A stretch of DNA of 32,000 bases from the NCBI RefSeq assembly GCF_000008465.1, contig NC_006512.1, positions 1,230,001-1,262,000 of the forward strand, read 5' to 3'. The DNA comes from Idiomarina loihiensis L2TR (GTDB lineage Bacteria; Pseudomonadota; Gammaproteobacteria; Enterobacterales; Alteromonadaceae). The position numbers and the translations under genes are program-made. Every line of letters starts with the position of its first letter. Positions within the stretch are counted from its first letter, which is position 1. Positions 1 to 8,306 of the stretch are shown here, piece by piece. The notes below the pieces were generated by a model that was not told the origin of the DNA, did no database searches, and saw nothing but the letters and a program-made list of their open reading frames with translations.

Positions 1-75
1 GCCGATCTTTTGACGTTATACCGTTTTTTTCGGCACTCGAACAGATAACCTTAACGGATAACATCAGGAATTTTT

Positions 76-798
76 ATGATAGTACGTAAATCGCTGCTGA
101 TCAGTTCGATTTTTTTTATAACTTGTGGCATTAATTCCGTTAACGCAAAAACGAGCGGTTCAGATGAAAGTCTGCGCTTTAATTACAAAGCGTTACAGGA
201 ACTGGCTCACAATTATGTGGAACAACGGGTTTCAGCGCCGGATAATGGTCGTGTGGAAGTCGTTGCCAATAACCTCGACCCGCGCATGGCTCCCAAAATT
301 TGTTCGCAGCCACCAAAAGTAGGCCTGGCAACTAACGCCAACCTCGACAGCTACACTACCATTGAAATTGAATGTGTAGGCAAAACTAACTGGCGCACCT
401 ATGTGCCTGTTCGAATTTATCGCTACAAAAATGTTGTTACCGCAGCCTCACCTATGGCTCCGGGTCAAATGATAAGCGAGAGTGATTTAGTGTTTTCCGA
501 AGTTGACCTTAACCGGGTTCGCTCAAATGTGTTTACTGACATGACGGCTTTAGTTGGAGCCCGCATTAAAAAGCGCATTGCTGCAGGTCAGGCAATAAGT
601 GCCAGCGATACATGTCTTGTATGTGAGGGGCAAAGCGTTACAATAGTTGCACAAGATAAAACGTTGCGAATTACTGCCGCCGGAAGAGCCCTGGCTGATG
701 GTCTCAAAGGTGAATCGGTTGTTGTTGAGAACGCACGGTCGAACAAATCAATACAAGCGGTTGTCACAGGACTAAACGAAGTGACTGTTAATTTATAA
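76..798 (+). CDS. flgA: Flagellar basal-body P-ring formation chaperone FlgA
   Basis: 240-aa ORF with an N-terminal signal peptide (…SVNA|KT). The C-terminal SAF-like region (GQAISASDTCLV…GESVVVEN…VVTGLNEVTV) is typical of FlgA. It lies directly upstream of flgM-flgN, as in flgAMN operons. Confidence 0.85.
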   Translation: MIVRKSLLISSIFFITCGINSVNAKTSGSDESLRFNYKALQELAHNYVEQRVSAPDNGRVEVVANNLDPRMAPKICSQPPKVGLATNANLDSYTTIEIECVGKTNWRTYVPVRIYRYKNVVTAASPMAPGQMISESDLVFSEVDLNRVRSNVFTDMTALVGARIKKRIAAGQAISASDTCLVCEGQSVTIVAQDKTLRITAAGRALADGLKGESVVVENARSNKSIQAVVTGLNEVTVNL

Positions 799-813
799 AA
801 TGCTTAATCAGAA

Positions 814-831
814 CCTGACGTGAGCGTCAGG
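814..831 (+). terminator. Hairpin after flgA (CCTGACG-tgag-CGTCAGG); possible attenuating terminator
   Basis: Perfect 7-bp stem with a 4-nt loop, 16 nt after the flgA stop. A T-rich stretch follows, but not immediately. Confidence 0.3.
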
Positions 832-851
832 CTACGTACTAAAATTTTTAT

Positions 852-878
852 TAAAGTATTTTTAAGTGTGGTCGATAA
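852..878 (+). promoter_or_regulatory. Sigma28 (FliA)-type promoter upstream of flgM
   Basis: TAAA(852-855)-N15-GTCGATAA(871-878) versus the consensus TAAA-N15-GCCGATAA (7/8 in the -10 element). It sits 37 nt upstream of the flgM ATG. flgM is a classical FliA-dependent gene. Confidence 0.6.
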
Positions 879-914
879 GTAACCGAGACATATTATCTAG
901 CGAGGCTAAAAACC

Positions 915-1238
915 ATGTCAATTAACATTAACAATGCCGGGCTGAAAAATGCCAACATTGATAGCAAATCCAGCAACCGTCAAGTACAGAGCGATGCTCC
1001 GGCTAAGCCTGCTGCGGTTTCGCAAAAAGGTGGTGAGGCCGTTTCGTTAACCAGCGAAGCGCAACAACTGAGTGGCTTACAGGAAAAAGCAATGAACAGC
1101 AGCGGCATTGACCAGGCCAAAGTTGATAAAATTAAAGCCGACATTGAAAGCGGCTCGTACAAAATTAACGTTGAACAACTGGCCAATAAACTGGCTCAGT
1201 TTGAGTCTGACCTGTTCAGTAACGGCAGCAACGAATAA
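915..1238 (+). CDS. flgM: Anti-sigma-28 factor FlgM
   Basis: 107 aa, with a low-complexity N-terminus and a conserved C-terminal motif (VDKIKADIESGSYKINVEQLANKL). Positioned between flgA and flgN. Confidence 0.85.
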   Translation: MSININNAGLKNANIDSKSSNRQVQSDAPAKPAAVSQKGGEAVSLTSEAQQLSGLQEKAMNSSGIDQAKVDKIKADIESGSYKINVEQLANKLAQFESDLFSNGSNE

Positions 1239-1639
1239 TGACCGTGTTGGCGCCTGTTAACGATATATTACAGGATATGGCAGACTCGCTGGAAAACCTT
1301 GCGTTGTTACAACAACGTGAGCTTAATGCCATTGTCGAGCGCCAACACGCTGATGTTAATGCTATTGCCGACGCCAAAGAAAAAACGCTTATCCATATTA
1401 GCGAACTCGACCAGCAATTGGCTCAACACCCTGACAACGAACAGTTAAAAGACGACGCGGACTTAGCTGAAGCGGTTGCTGCTATTAAGGCCACCCTCTC
1501 TGACGTTCAGCATCAAAGTCAGGTTAATGAACGCGTGGTGCAGTCAACGCTAAACAGTATTGAGCAGTTAAAACAGTCCATTTTACAGTCCGCACGAAAA
1601 GATACCCTTACCTACAATAGTAAAGGTAAAATCCGTTAA
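1238..1639 (+). CDS. flgN: Flagellar export chaperone FlgN
   Basis: 133-aa helical, Q/L-rich protein. Its start overlaps the flgM stop (TAATG), the canonical flgMN arrangement. Confidence 0.75.
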   Translation: MTVLAPVNDILQDMADSLENLALLQQRELNAIVERQHADVNAIADAKEKTLIHISELDQQLAQHPDNEQLKDDADLAEAVAAIKATLSDVQHQSQVNERVVQSTLNSIEQLKQSILQSARKDTLTYNSKGKIR

Positions 1640-1663
1640 AGATTTTGCCAGTCCAGCCGTTAT
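1637..1663 (+). promoter_or_regulatory. Sigma28-like promoter upstream of flgP
   Basis: TAAA(1637-1640, overlapping the flgN stop)-N15-GCCGTTAT(1656-1663). The -10 element matches 6/8 with correct spacing, 34 nt upstream of the flgP ATG. Confidence 0.4.
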
Positions 1664-1696
1664 AACCATAAGTACTTTGTTCAATCAGAGGTCGTT

Positions 1697-2176
1697 ATGG
1701 CTAAGCATTTACTCTCTTTAGCTCTACTTGCATCTGCGCTGTTATTAAGCGGCTGTAGTGCTTACAACAAAATTGTGTACGATCAAAAGCACGTTGAATG
1801 GGAAACCCAAACCCCAAGTGAATTTCCAGTGCTGAATGCGGTTGGCTACGCCCCTATTGAAACTCAGCAAGGCGAAAATGCACAGCTAAAAGACTTAAAC
1901 GCCATGCGCGCCTCTAAGTTAGCCGCTTACCGCGAGCTTGCTGAACAAGTCTATGGCCAACGCATCGCCGGTAGTAGCTCGGTGGAAGACTGGGCCTTAA
2001 ACCGCGACAGTTTTCAGGCCTCTGTAGACGGAGTGATTCGTGGTGCAGAAGTGGTTAAGACCTATACTGTTGGAGACTACTACGCGACTGAGTTGCGTCT
2101 TGATTTCGAAAAGGTTCACCGCCTGTATCAAAGCACCAACCGTCAGCAGAAAGTGAAACGCGTTGTCTATTATTAA
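1697..2176 (+). CDS. flgP: LPP20-family outer-membrane lipoprotein FlgP
   Basis: 159 aa with a lipobox (LLSGC). The LPP20/FlgP-type core reads NAVGYAPI…AMRASKLAAYRELAEQVYG…VDGVIRGAEVV. It has flagellar neighbours. Confidence 0.75.
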   Translation: MAKHLLSLALLASALLLSGCSAYNKIVYDQKHVEWETQTPSEFPVLNAVGYAPIETQQGENAQLKDLNAMRASKLAAYRELAEQVYGQRIAGSSSVEDWALNRDSFQASVDGVIRGAEVVKTYTVGDYYATELRLDFEKVHRLYQSTNRQQKVKRVVYY

Positions 2177-2200
2177 GCGCCACTTTTATTGAGTTAAACA

Positions 2201-2216
2201 TGGCAGGGTTTTTGCA
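2201..2216 (+). promoter_or_regulatory. Sigma54 (-24/-12) promoter upstream of flgT
   Basis: TGGCAG-GGTTT-TTGCA versus the consensus TGGCAC-N5-TTGCW, with correct GG/GC spacing. It lies 58 nt upstream of the ATG at 2274. Polar-flagellum genes are typically RpoN-dependent. Confidence 0.55.
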
Positions 2217-2273
2217 GTTAATTCCGATAGTAAAGTAACGACTAAAAACTGACACTTGGGATGCATTAACACC

Positions 2274-3437
2274 ATGAACTGGAAAACCCTGCTACTTATC
2301 ATCTCTGTTTTCTTTATTGCTATGCCAAGCGAAGCGCGTTGGGTGGAAGCTCAGGGCACTGCCCGCATTATTAATGGTGACACCAATGCCGCACGCGAAA
2401 AAGCCATCGAAAACGCCCTTCAGCAGGCATTGTTAACCTCTGGTGGTAACATCTCCAGTATTCAGCAAGTGGTTGACGGCGTTTTACAAAACACCGAAAC
2501 CCAGTGGAATAGCCAGGGCAATGTTGACCAGGTGACCATAGTTCGCGAAGAAGTTCGCGACGACCGCGTTATTGTTCTGCTTCGTGCGGACATCTGGAAC
2601 CGCGAAGGCGACTGCACCCGCAGCAGCTACAAAAACTCCGTGACCGTTGTTCCTTTTGAACTACGCGACCGCGCCCATGGTACCTGGGGACAAATTTGGG
2701 AAATAGGCAAAGTAGCGGCCGAGCGTTTAGCCCGTGAATTAGGCGGTGTTGGCAGCCAGTTGCAGATTGCCCACACCCTGCACCGTCACGCCGGTTTAGA
2801 CCGGGCTCTCAGCGGCCTGAACCTGGAAGAATTAGGTCGTATGTCCCGCAGCATTGGTTTAGCCAACGACAGTCAGTTTGTTATTTTCGGCATGTTCGAC
2901 GACCTGGCCATGATGGATACTAAATCTAGCTGGTTTTGGTCCAGCGACCCCGATCGCCATTACGCATTAACACTTTACCTTCTCGATGCCACCACCGGGC
3001 AGCTAGTAACCCGTGCACGAGTTGAGAACACCCAACCCTGGACCTTTGATCGCACCACCAATGTGGATGTTGCTACTGCACAATTCTGGAATGAACCTTT
3101 TGGTGCAGCACTGGATAGCGGCCTGCGCGACTTAGCTTCCGGCGTAAAAGAACAGGTGGTTTGTAAGCCGGTGCGCGCCAGAATTATTGCCGTTGATGAA
3201 AACACCGTTCAATTCAACTTAGGTGAAAAGCACGGCGTACACACCGGCGATAAGCTAAAAATTGTGCAACCCAGCCATTTTACCGATGATCAGGGACGTT
3301 ATCGTCAGAAGTGGCAGGTGAGTGAATTTGAAGTTGAGGTGTCCCAGGTGCAGCAGTCCACCGCCGTCGCTAAGTTGACGAAAGGGAACATGCTGCACAA
3401 CGTTCAGGTGAACGACTGGGTGGTACCGGTTAACTGA
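2274..3437 (+). CDS. flgT: Flagellar H-ring assembly protein FlgT
   Basis: The ORF track starts at a TTG at 2256. The ATG at 2274 gives a clean signal peptide (MNWKTLLLIISVFFIAMPSEA). The N-terminus (RWVEAQGTARIINGD…AREKAIENALQQALL…) matches the FlgT N-domain pattern. It is adjacent to flgP. Confidence 0.7.
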   Translation: MNWKTLLLIISVFFIAMPSEARWVEAQGTARIINGDTNAAREKAIENALQQALLTSGGNISSIQQVVDGVLQNTETQWNSQGNVDQVTIVREEVRDDRVIVLLRADIWNREGDCTRSSYKNSVTVVPFELRDRAHGTWGQIWEIGKVAAERLARELGGVGSQLQIAHTLHRHAGLDRALSGLNLEELGRMSRSIGLANDSQFVIFGMFDDLAMMDTKSSWFWSSDPDRHYALTLYLLDATTGQLVTRARVENTQPWTFDRTTNVDVATAQFWNEPFGAALDSGLRDLASGVKEQVVCKPVRARIIAVDENTVQFNLGEKHGVHTGDKLKIVQPSHFTDDQGRYRQKWQVSEFEVEVSQVQQSTAVAKLTKGNMLHNVQVNDWVVPVN

Positions 3438-3477
3438 GGGTGAAACCAGCGACAGCTTCTGGCATAATTCGCGGCAC

Positions 3478-3554
3478 GTCCCCGTAGCTCAGCAGGATAG
3501 AGCAGCCGCCTCCTAAGCGGCAGGTCGCAGGTTCGACTCCTGCCGGGGACGCCA
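3478..3554 (+). tRNA. tRNA-Arg (anticodon CCT)
   Basis: Hand-folded 77-nt cloverleaf. Acceptor stem GTCCCCG/CGGGGAC, D-stem GCTC/GAGC, T-stem GCAGG/CCTGC with loop TTCGACT. Anticodon stem GCCGC/GCGGC carries loop CTCCTAA, with anticodon CCT at 3512-3514. Discriminator G is followed by an encoded CCA. Confidence 0.9.
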
Positions 3555-3560
3555 TGTCTA

Positions 3561-4364
3561 TTAATTCCGGGTAAAGGGGATCTTCAATAACCCCCAAAGT
3601 TTAGTGGTGAGTTTTGCGTCGCGGTATTCGTTCAGGCCAATATCGACATTGTCGGAGCCTGCCTTTGGCTTTGCAGTGAAGCTACGAAAGAGATGATCCC
3701 ACCAACTGACACTGAAACCGTAGTTACTATTGGTTTCTTCTTTTTCTGTACTGTGGTGAATGCGGTGCAGCTCCTGGGTAATGAGTACTTTGCGCACGAG
3801 CTTTTCCACAGGTTTGGGCAGTGCCACATTGCCATGATTAAACAAGGAGCAGGCATTAAGAATAATCTCAAATACAATAACGCCTAACGCCGGAGCGCCC
3901 AACGCAAGAATGGCGGCCGCCTTTATGAAAAAACTCAGCACAATTTCGGCCGGATGAAATCGCAACCCGGTGGTAACGTCGAAGTCCGGATCGGCATGGT
4001 GCACCCGGTGCATTCGCCATAATAGAGGAATGCGGTGGAACAATCGGTGCTGCCAATAGATAACGATATCCAGTAAGACAATGCTGACTCCCATCGCCAA
4101 CCAAAAGGGCATTTCTGTGCCCGCCTTGCTTAAGTAATGGAAAAGCCCCCAGCCGTTTTCTGATGCGACAAGCGCCACTCCGGTCAGGCCAACGGGCGCA
4201 ATAATTCTCAGCAATACCGTATCGACGGCAACTATGGCGAGGTTTGCCGGCCAGCGCTGTTTACGGCTATAGCGGGGCTTGCGCTTAGGCGAGAAAAATT
4301 CCCACAACACCATAATAAGCAATACGCCAAGAAAAATAGTTAAGCGCCAGGCCGTTTCAGACAT
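3561..4364 (-). CDS. Fatty-acid hydroxylase / sterol desaturase superfamily membrane protein
   Basis: 267-aa polytopic protein with di-iron histidine boxes HRLFH, HRVHH and HRIHH. An SD-like GGAGAG lies upstream. Its start overlaps the upstream gene's stop by 8 nt. Confidence 0.8.
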   Translation of the reverse strand: MSETAWRLTIFLGVLLIMVLWEFFSPKRKPRYSRKQRWPANLAIVAVDTVLLRIIAPVGLTGVALVASENGWGLFHYLSKAGTEMPFWLAMGVSIVLLDIVIYWQHRLFHRIPLLWRMHRVHHADPDFDVTTGLRFHPAEIVLSFFIKAAAILALGAPALGVIVFEIILNACSLFNHGNVALPKPVEKLVRKVLITQELHRIHHSTEKEETNSNYGFSVSWWDHLFRSFTAKPKAGSDNVDIGLNEYRDAKLTTKLWGLLKIPFTRN

Positions 4365-4995
4365 TGGTGCTCTCCGGCTTTGCCCCTGGCTGTTTCAGTG
4401 TGCGGTAACCGGCAACAATGCGGGTTATTGCGGTAAGCCAGCAGGCGGCAGCGAATATATAGGCCAGTACGGAAAAGTGCTGTGGCCATAAACAAAACGC
4501 CACAAAAGCTAAAATGGTTTCAAAACCTTCGGTTAAACCGCCCATATAATGCAGCGACTTATTCGGATATTCCGGGTTTTCAATACCGCGCTTTCCGGCA
4601 ATGCAGGCAAAGGCCAGAAAGGTAGAGCCAGTCCCCATAAAAGTGACTAACAACAAGCCTGAGGCAATGGCGTTCTGTTCGGGCGACGCCAATAAAAAAC
4701 CAAATACCACAGCACTGTAAAAAATGAAATCCAGCACAATATCGAGAAAACCACCGGCATCGGTTAACTGAGTGCGCCTTGCTACGGCGCCGTCCAGACC
4801 GTCGCACAGGCGGTTTAGTAAAATAGCGGCCAGCGCGAATTCATAAAGCTCAAAAGCTAAAAATGGCACTGCCAGCAAACCGATGATAAAACCCGTTATG
4901 GTGACCTGATCAGCGCTAACGCCGACACGAACTAATAATCGCGCCGGGAGGTCGAGAATTTTTCGGGTTGCCGGAAGTAGCTTAGGGTCAAACAT
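4357..4995 (-). CDS. CDP-alcohol phosphatidyltransferase family protein (YnjF-like)
   Basis: 212-aa membrane protein carrying the family motif D-G-x2-A-R-x8-G-x3-D-x3-D (DGLDGAVARRTQLTDAGGFLDIVLD). It overlaps both neighbouring genes by 8 nt. Confidence 0.8.
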   Translation of the reverse strand: MFDPKLLPATRKILDLPARLLVRVGVSADQVTITGFIIGLLAVPFLAFELYEFALAAILLNRLCDGLDGAVARRTQLTDAGGFLDIVLDFIFYSAVVFGFLLASPEQNAIASGLLLVTFMGTGSTFLAFACIAGKRGIENPEYPNKSLHYMGGLTEGFETILAFVAFCLWPQHFSVLAYIFAAACWLTAITRIVAGYRTLKQPGAKPESTNV

Positions 4996-5656
4996 TAGCG
5001 ACGTCTCCTTTTACCTCAGTGCCATGTATTTCAAGCACACGACCGCAAGCATCGGCGCCGTCATGGGTGACTAATAAGGTTGGCATTTGTTTGTCTTTGA
5101 GTTGTGCAAAGGTCCACTGCCTGACTTCTTCTCGCAGACTGGTATCTAATGATGAAAACGGTTCGTCCAGTAACATAGCCTGCGGTTCTGCTAATAATGA
5201 GCAGATTAATGCGATTCGCGCATACTGCCCGCCGCTTAAGCTGTCGGGGTAAACAGCCCATTTATCCGTTAGCCCCAGATTGTTCAGCATGGCGAGAGCT
5301 TTGTCTTTTTGTTGCTGACGGTTTAATAGTGAACGGGGCTTTTGCGCAAAATAGCAGTTCTCTTCAACCGTTAAGTGCGGAAATAAACCACCTTTTTGAA
5401 ACATCATGCCCAGTTGGCGTGCGGCAATTGAGTGCTCGCCGATATCTTCGCCGTTTAACCTTAACTCGCCCTGAATATGAAAGTTAGGCAAGGGTTCGCC
5501 AAGCACCCAGCGCAGCAAGGTCGACTTCCCCACACCACTGGAGCCCATCAGCGTGACAATTTCACCTTTTTCGACCGTCAGTTCATTCAGACTGAATAAA
5601 GGCTCAGTGCCATTTTTTGTGCGCCTTTTTATTTCGAGGTTACGAATGTTCAGCAT
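4988..5656 (-). CDS. ABC transporter ATP-binding protein (YnjD-like)
   Basis: Walker A GSSGVGKST, signature LSGGQ and Walker B MLLDEP. I chose the ATG at 5656 (MLNIRNLEI…) rather than the track start at 5761, which lies inside the permease gene. Confidence 0.85.
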   Translation of the reverse strand: MLNIRNLEIKRRTKNGTEPLFSLNELTVEKGEIVTLMGSSGVGKSTLLRWVLGEPLPNFHIQGELRLNGEDIGEHSIAARQLGMMFQKGGLFPHLTVEENCYFAQKPRSLLNRQQQKDKALAMLNNLGLTDKWAVYPDSLSGGQYARIALICSLLAEPQAMLLDEPFSSLDTSLREEVRQWTFAQLKDKQMPTLLVTHDGADACGRVLEIHGTEVKGDVANV

Positions 5657-7283
5657 AACTTTTTGTCCTGATGAGTCCGACAGCAATAAACACCACCAGT
5701 GGCAGTAGCATTTGTAGCAGCGCATAAAGGCTGCCAATACGCCAGTCCCCGCCGCTGGCAACGCTAACAGCTTCGGTGGTTAAAGTGGGCGTTAAGCTCT
5801 GCCCCAGCCATTGCGTTGGCAGGTACTGAGCAATACTAACCGAAAAGGCGACCGCAAAAGCCACTGCTATGGGCTGCTTTAGCATGGGTAGCATAATTCG
5901 CCACCAGGCGGCCCGGTAGCTATACCCCAAACTTTGAGACCGGGTTAGCCACTGCTCGTTAAAGCGGGTGTAAGCCCCGTGCAAAACCAGGTAGGCGTAA
6001 GGCAGAGTATATACAGCATGTGACCAGAACACCCACCACGGCTGCCAGCCACTACTCAATTGCCCGCCAACTAGCCGTTGCCAACCAAGCACCAGAGGCA
6101 CCTGCGGAATAAACAAAGCCACAAGCACCGGCCAGTAAAACGAAGCGGCGGCTTTCTGTCGTTGCCGTTGTAGCAGAACAATTGCAGCTACCGTACCAAC
6201 CAACGCACTGAGCAGCGCCAGCCATAAGCTATTCACTGTTGGCTCTGCTAAGTAAGCCCACTCCGTTTGCCAGCGCTCAAGGTTTAATTCAGCCGGCCAC
6301 AAGTTTGGGTAAAACCAGTGTGTCGCTAAGCTCTGCATGGCTAAAACAACAATAACCCCCAACGACAGTACACCCAGAAGAATCCAGGTATAACGGCTGG
6401 CTTTATGTGTGTTGAGTTTTGCCCGTTGGGTTACTTTTTTACCTAGTACGAAGCGACGGTACAGAGCATAATGCCGCGCATTGATTAGCAGAAGTACCAA
6501 AGCCATAACCATTAAAACCCATGCACCGGTTATTGCCTTAACCTGACTACCGGCAGAGAACTGAAAACTCCATTCATACACACGCTGCGCAAGCACGCCC
6601 GGTGTGTTACTGCCCACTAACAGCGGAATATCGACCACTGACAGCGAGTAAATAATGACAGCCGCCATAGGCAGCGTTAAACGCCGTAAAAGTTCCGGCG
6701 TAACAATGCGCCACCAGGCTTGCCGTTCGCTGTAACCATAGCTTTGCGCCTGCGTCATCCATGAATTAACGGGCAACTGTTTTAGCTGAGCCGATATCAT
6801 TAGTAGTAAAAATGGCAGCTCTTTTAAAATTAGAACCACCATAACCGTCACTAACGACTTTTCGGATAATGGCCAGCTTGCCGGTGGTGCCGGGAACACT
6901 CCGCTGACGCTTTCCACTAAACGTATCAGCCAGCCGGACGGGCTCATTAACAACATAAGGCCGACCGCAAAGGCCACATGCGGAATGGACAAAAGTGGAG
7001 ACAGGAGTTGCTGCAGACGAACGTTTTTTAATAATACCGGAGCCATCCACAGCGCTAAATAGCAAGCAACTAGTGGCGCGGCTACGGCGAGTATAAGGCT
7101 TGAAGCTATTGAATCGTAATCTGCCAGCAGCTCAGTTAAGGCTACTAAGTTGACGCCGGTTTCAGGGTCAAATGACCTAATCAGCAGAAAAAGCACACCA
7201 CTGCCAACCGGCAGAATAATGAGCAATAACCAGACAACTACTGATAACGTGCGGACCATTCCCGCTCCAGATACTCCTGCCAA
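5640..7283 (-). CDS. ABC transporter permease with fused double transmembrane domain (YnjC/ThiP/FbpB-like)
   Basis: 547-aa highly hydrophobic protein with two repeated halves, each carrying an EAA-like loop (…AQSYGYSERQAWWRIVTPEL… and …SQSLGYSYRAAWWRIMLPML…). The start is either the TTG at 7283 or the ATG at 7259. Confidence 0.8.
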   Translation of the reverse strand: MAGVSGAGMVRTLSVVVWLLLIILPVGSGVLFLLIRSFDPETGVNLVALTELLADYDSIASSLILAVAAPLVACYLALWMAPVLLKNVRLQQLLSPLLSIPHVAFAVGLMLLMSPSGWLIRLVESVSGVFPAPPASWPLSEKSLVTVMVVLILKELPFLLLMISAQLKQLPVNSWMTQAQSYGYSERQAWWRIVTPELLRRLTLPMAAVIIYSLSVVDIPLLVGSNTPGVLAQRVYEWSFQFSAGSQVKAITGAWVLMVMALVLLLINARHYALYRRFVLGKKVTQRAKLNTHKASRYTWILLGVLSLGVIVVLAMQSLATHWFYPNLWPAELNLERWQTEWAYLAEPTVNSLWLALLSALVGTVAAIVLLQRQRQKAAASFYWPVLVALFIPQVPLVLGWQRLVGGQLSSGWQPWWVFWSHAVYTLPYAYLVLHGAYTRFNEQWLTRSQSLGYSYRAAWWRIMLPMLKQPIAVAFAVAFSVSIAQYLPTQWLGQSLTPTLTTEAVSVASGGDWRIGSLYALLQMLLPLVVFIAVGLIRTKSYAEHS

Positions 7284-8305
7284 CTGGCATGAAAGTCGTC
7301 GGTGGGTTCCAGCAGCGAAGAGCCTTGCGCACTTTTAAGAACGGAAGGATCACCCCAGCGATTGATATCGGCTTTTCGTTGCTGCGCTTTTTCAGACAAT
7401 AAAAACTCGATAACCGCTTTCGCGGTTTCGGGGTTATTGGAACTGTTCGGCACCGCCAAATAATGGTTATTGGTTATGGCTTTGTCTGACAACGTATGAC
7501 GCTCAACGCCCGCAGGCAACCGACCATGATTTACCAGGGTTTTATAATCATTGGGATTAAAGCTGACCGCCATCAGTAACTGGCCATTTGCCAGATATGA
7601 TATTTGCTCACCAGCTGAGGAAGGAAAATTCTCGCCCTGCTGCCATAACAATGGGTGCAGTTTGTCTAAATAGCGCCATAAAGGCTCTGTTAGTTCATTT
7701 GCATTGGTGCTATTCACCGGCTGCTGAAATAGGTCGCGCTGTTGCGGACACAGAGACAACAACAACGATTTTAATAAGGTAGTGCCATGAAAGTCCGGCG
7801 GTTTGGGGTAGCTGATGCGCCCTTTATTTTCCCGGGCGGCGTTAAGTAGGCTCTCGGCGCTCACCGTTTTTTTGGCGAAAAGCCCGGGGCGGCTAATAAG
7901 GTTAAATTGCCCAACGCCCCAGGGCACTTCCAGCCCATTCACCGGTTCGCCGAAGTCAGTTTGCCAGTTAAGCTCCGGGTTAATATTATTCATTGCCTTA
8001 ATTTCACCGGCAATGGAACGCAAAGCGCCAGCTTCTTTAAGTGCATGGAAATTTTCACCGTTTATCCAGATAATATCCGCATTGGAATGACCGTCGATAA
8101 TCTGCTTAACCACCTCAGAGGCGTCCGCCACTTTATTATGGCGCAGCTGAATGCCCTGCTCTTGCAGTTCTTTTTGCGCCCAACGTAAGTAACTGTTTAC
8201 TTCCGGCGAGCCACCCCAGGCATAAAAGTTAACCACTTCTGCCTTTAAAGGTAAGGCGGAAAAAAGTGTCACTAGCAATAAACTGATGGCAGCAGTAAAA
8301 CGCAT
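7238..8305 (-). CDS. ABC transporter periplasmic substrate-binding protein (YnjB-like)
   Basis: The start chosen at MRFTAAISLLLVTLFSALPLKA gives a signal peptide. The mature protein begins VNFYAWGG, typical of the thiamine/Fe3+/polyamine-type SBP fold. It starts 1 nt after the upstream stop. Confidence 0.75.
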   Translation of the reverse strand: MRFTAAISLLLVTLFSALPLKAEVVNFYAWGGSPEVNSYLRWAQKELQEQGIQLRHNKVADASEVVKQIIDGHSNADIIWINGENFHALKEAGALRSIAGEIKAMNNINPELNWQTDFGEPVNGLEVPWGVGQFNLISRPGLFAKKTVSAESLLNAARENKGRISYPKPPDFHGTTLLKSLLLSLCPQQRDLFQQPVNSTNANELTEPLWRYLDKLHPLLWQQGENFPSSAGEQISYLANGQLLMAVSFNPNDYKTLVNHGRLPAGVERHTLSDKAITNNHYLAVPNSSNNPETAKAVIEFLLSEKAQQRKADINRWGDPSVLKSAQGSSLLEPTDDFHASWQEYLEREWSARYQ

Positions 8306-8306
8306 T

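Noticed and set aside
1-8. GCCGATCT at the very start of the window as a sigma28 -10 element for flgA.
   Set aside because: The corresponding -35 region lies outside the window and the match is only 6/8, so it cannot be evaluated.
5657-5761. N-terminal extensions in the ORF track: ATPase 5657-5761, TBDR-B 27870-27962, DUF294 30645-30671, SBP 8306-8338 and FlgT 2256-2273.
   Set aside because: The extensions run into upstream genes or leader sequence, often begin at non-ATG codons, and destroy otherwise clean signal peptides or domain starts. Internal ATGs with SD-like sequences fit better.
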